The position numbers and the translations under genes were made by a program. A DNA stretch of 64,000 nt from assembly GCA_964016885.1 (NCBI GenBank), contig OZ024743.1:7068001-7132000 (forward strand), given 5' to 3'. Source of the DNA: Eledone cirrhosa (taxonomy: Eukaryota). Positions 63,323 through 64,000 of the stretch are shown piece by piece (position 1 is the stretch's first letter; each line of letters starts with the position of its first letter). The notes below the pieces were generated by a model that ran no database searches, was not told the DNA's origin, and saw only the letters and a list, made by a program, of their open reading frames with translations.

Positions 63323-64000
63323 AGATCTGACTGTACAGGAAAGTAGGAGAAACGGCTATAAATGCCATAAATGTGAGGAAAAAAAGGGACAAAGCAAGGA
63401 CTAAGGCCACGGAAGAAAGGGAGGGAGGATAGGCTCTAAGCCTGGGGCAGGGTGGTGTTTAGTCAGGGTGGTGTTTAGAAGCATTTCTGCAGACAATGGC
63501 CAGTGATACTCGCTGCAACAGCTATCCCACTTCGTAGGGTTCCTTCCTCAGATGGGGTGCAGTCAATCTGATTTTATGGAGTAGCCTGGCAGTATGGGGT
63601 CTGAGGGCACCTGAGATCTCAATGGTGACCGGTGCGAGGAAGAAGCAGCCGGACAAACCCCAGTATTTGCTTGTCTTCCTGTCCTCTGCATTGTGGGCCA
63701 CAGTACTGGGGTTTGTGGCATCCCAGATGATGGATTTACCTCCTTCAAAGGTACTTGCTTTTATTGTGGTTGAGGCCTGCTGGCTCCAATTGTGATGGTA
63801 AGCTAGTTGGATCCAGGCTCCTTCTGAATATGTCGTTGAAAGTGGCATGTTGGAAGAACCAGCCTGTGCTCAGGCAACATGACAGTGGGTGCGACCAAGC
63901 ACATCGACAACAGCCCCACAGCAGCTTGGTGTGACTCACACATGCAGAGGTTGTGACGTTGGGCCAGTATTATGCAAGTGCACTCATCATTAAGAAGGGT

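Larger units (their letters stand above)
59970..64000. repeat. Segmental duplication, copy 2 (runs off the window end)
   Basis: Identical or near-identical short ORFs occur in both copies (e.g. 51429-51755 vs 63522-63848; 48590-48775 vs 60159-60344). Confidence 0.9.

Overview
AT-rich, repeat-dense eukaryotic genomic DNA. The SINE, LINE and microsatellite make-up suggests a mollusc, probably a cephalopod such as Octopus; that is an inference and was not verified. The only host gene found is the 5' part of a minus-strand adenosine deaminase (ADA). Five coding exons (46841-46867, 32658-32719, 3071-3193, 2647-2876, 1372-1490) splice in frame with GT-AG sites into 187 aa (MDADTFPAKVELHIHLDG...DVAGAEFFPTPSEIKDVFK), and the rest of the gene lies left of the window. 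Its 29.5-kb intron 2 holds a nested structure: a non-autonomous tRNA-Trp-primed LTR element (7776-32230) interrupted at one point by a 22-kb block. That block is an intact RTE-clade LINE (1039-aa ORF with a C4HC3 PHD finger just after the RT palm) plus an 18.5-kb modular satellite fused to the LINE's 5' end. Elsewhere there are several minimal type-I hammerhead ribozyme motifs with covarying stems in Penelope-like or (TA)n-embedded elements (two in sense within ADA intron 1), a piggyBac-like MITE that spawned a 60-bp minisatellite, mariner, maT and CACTA-like DNA transposon relics, CR1, CRE-like and R4-like LINE fragments, a local inversion with duplicated breakpoints, and a ~11.6-12 kb-offset segmental duplication with copy-specific insertions. 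Coordinates of degenerate repeats are approximate, and no database search was possible.
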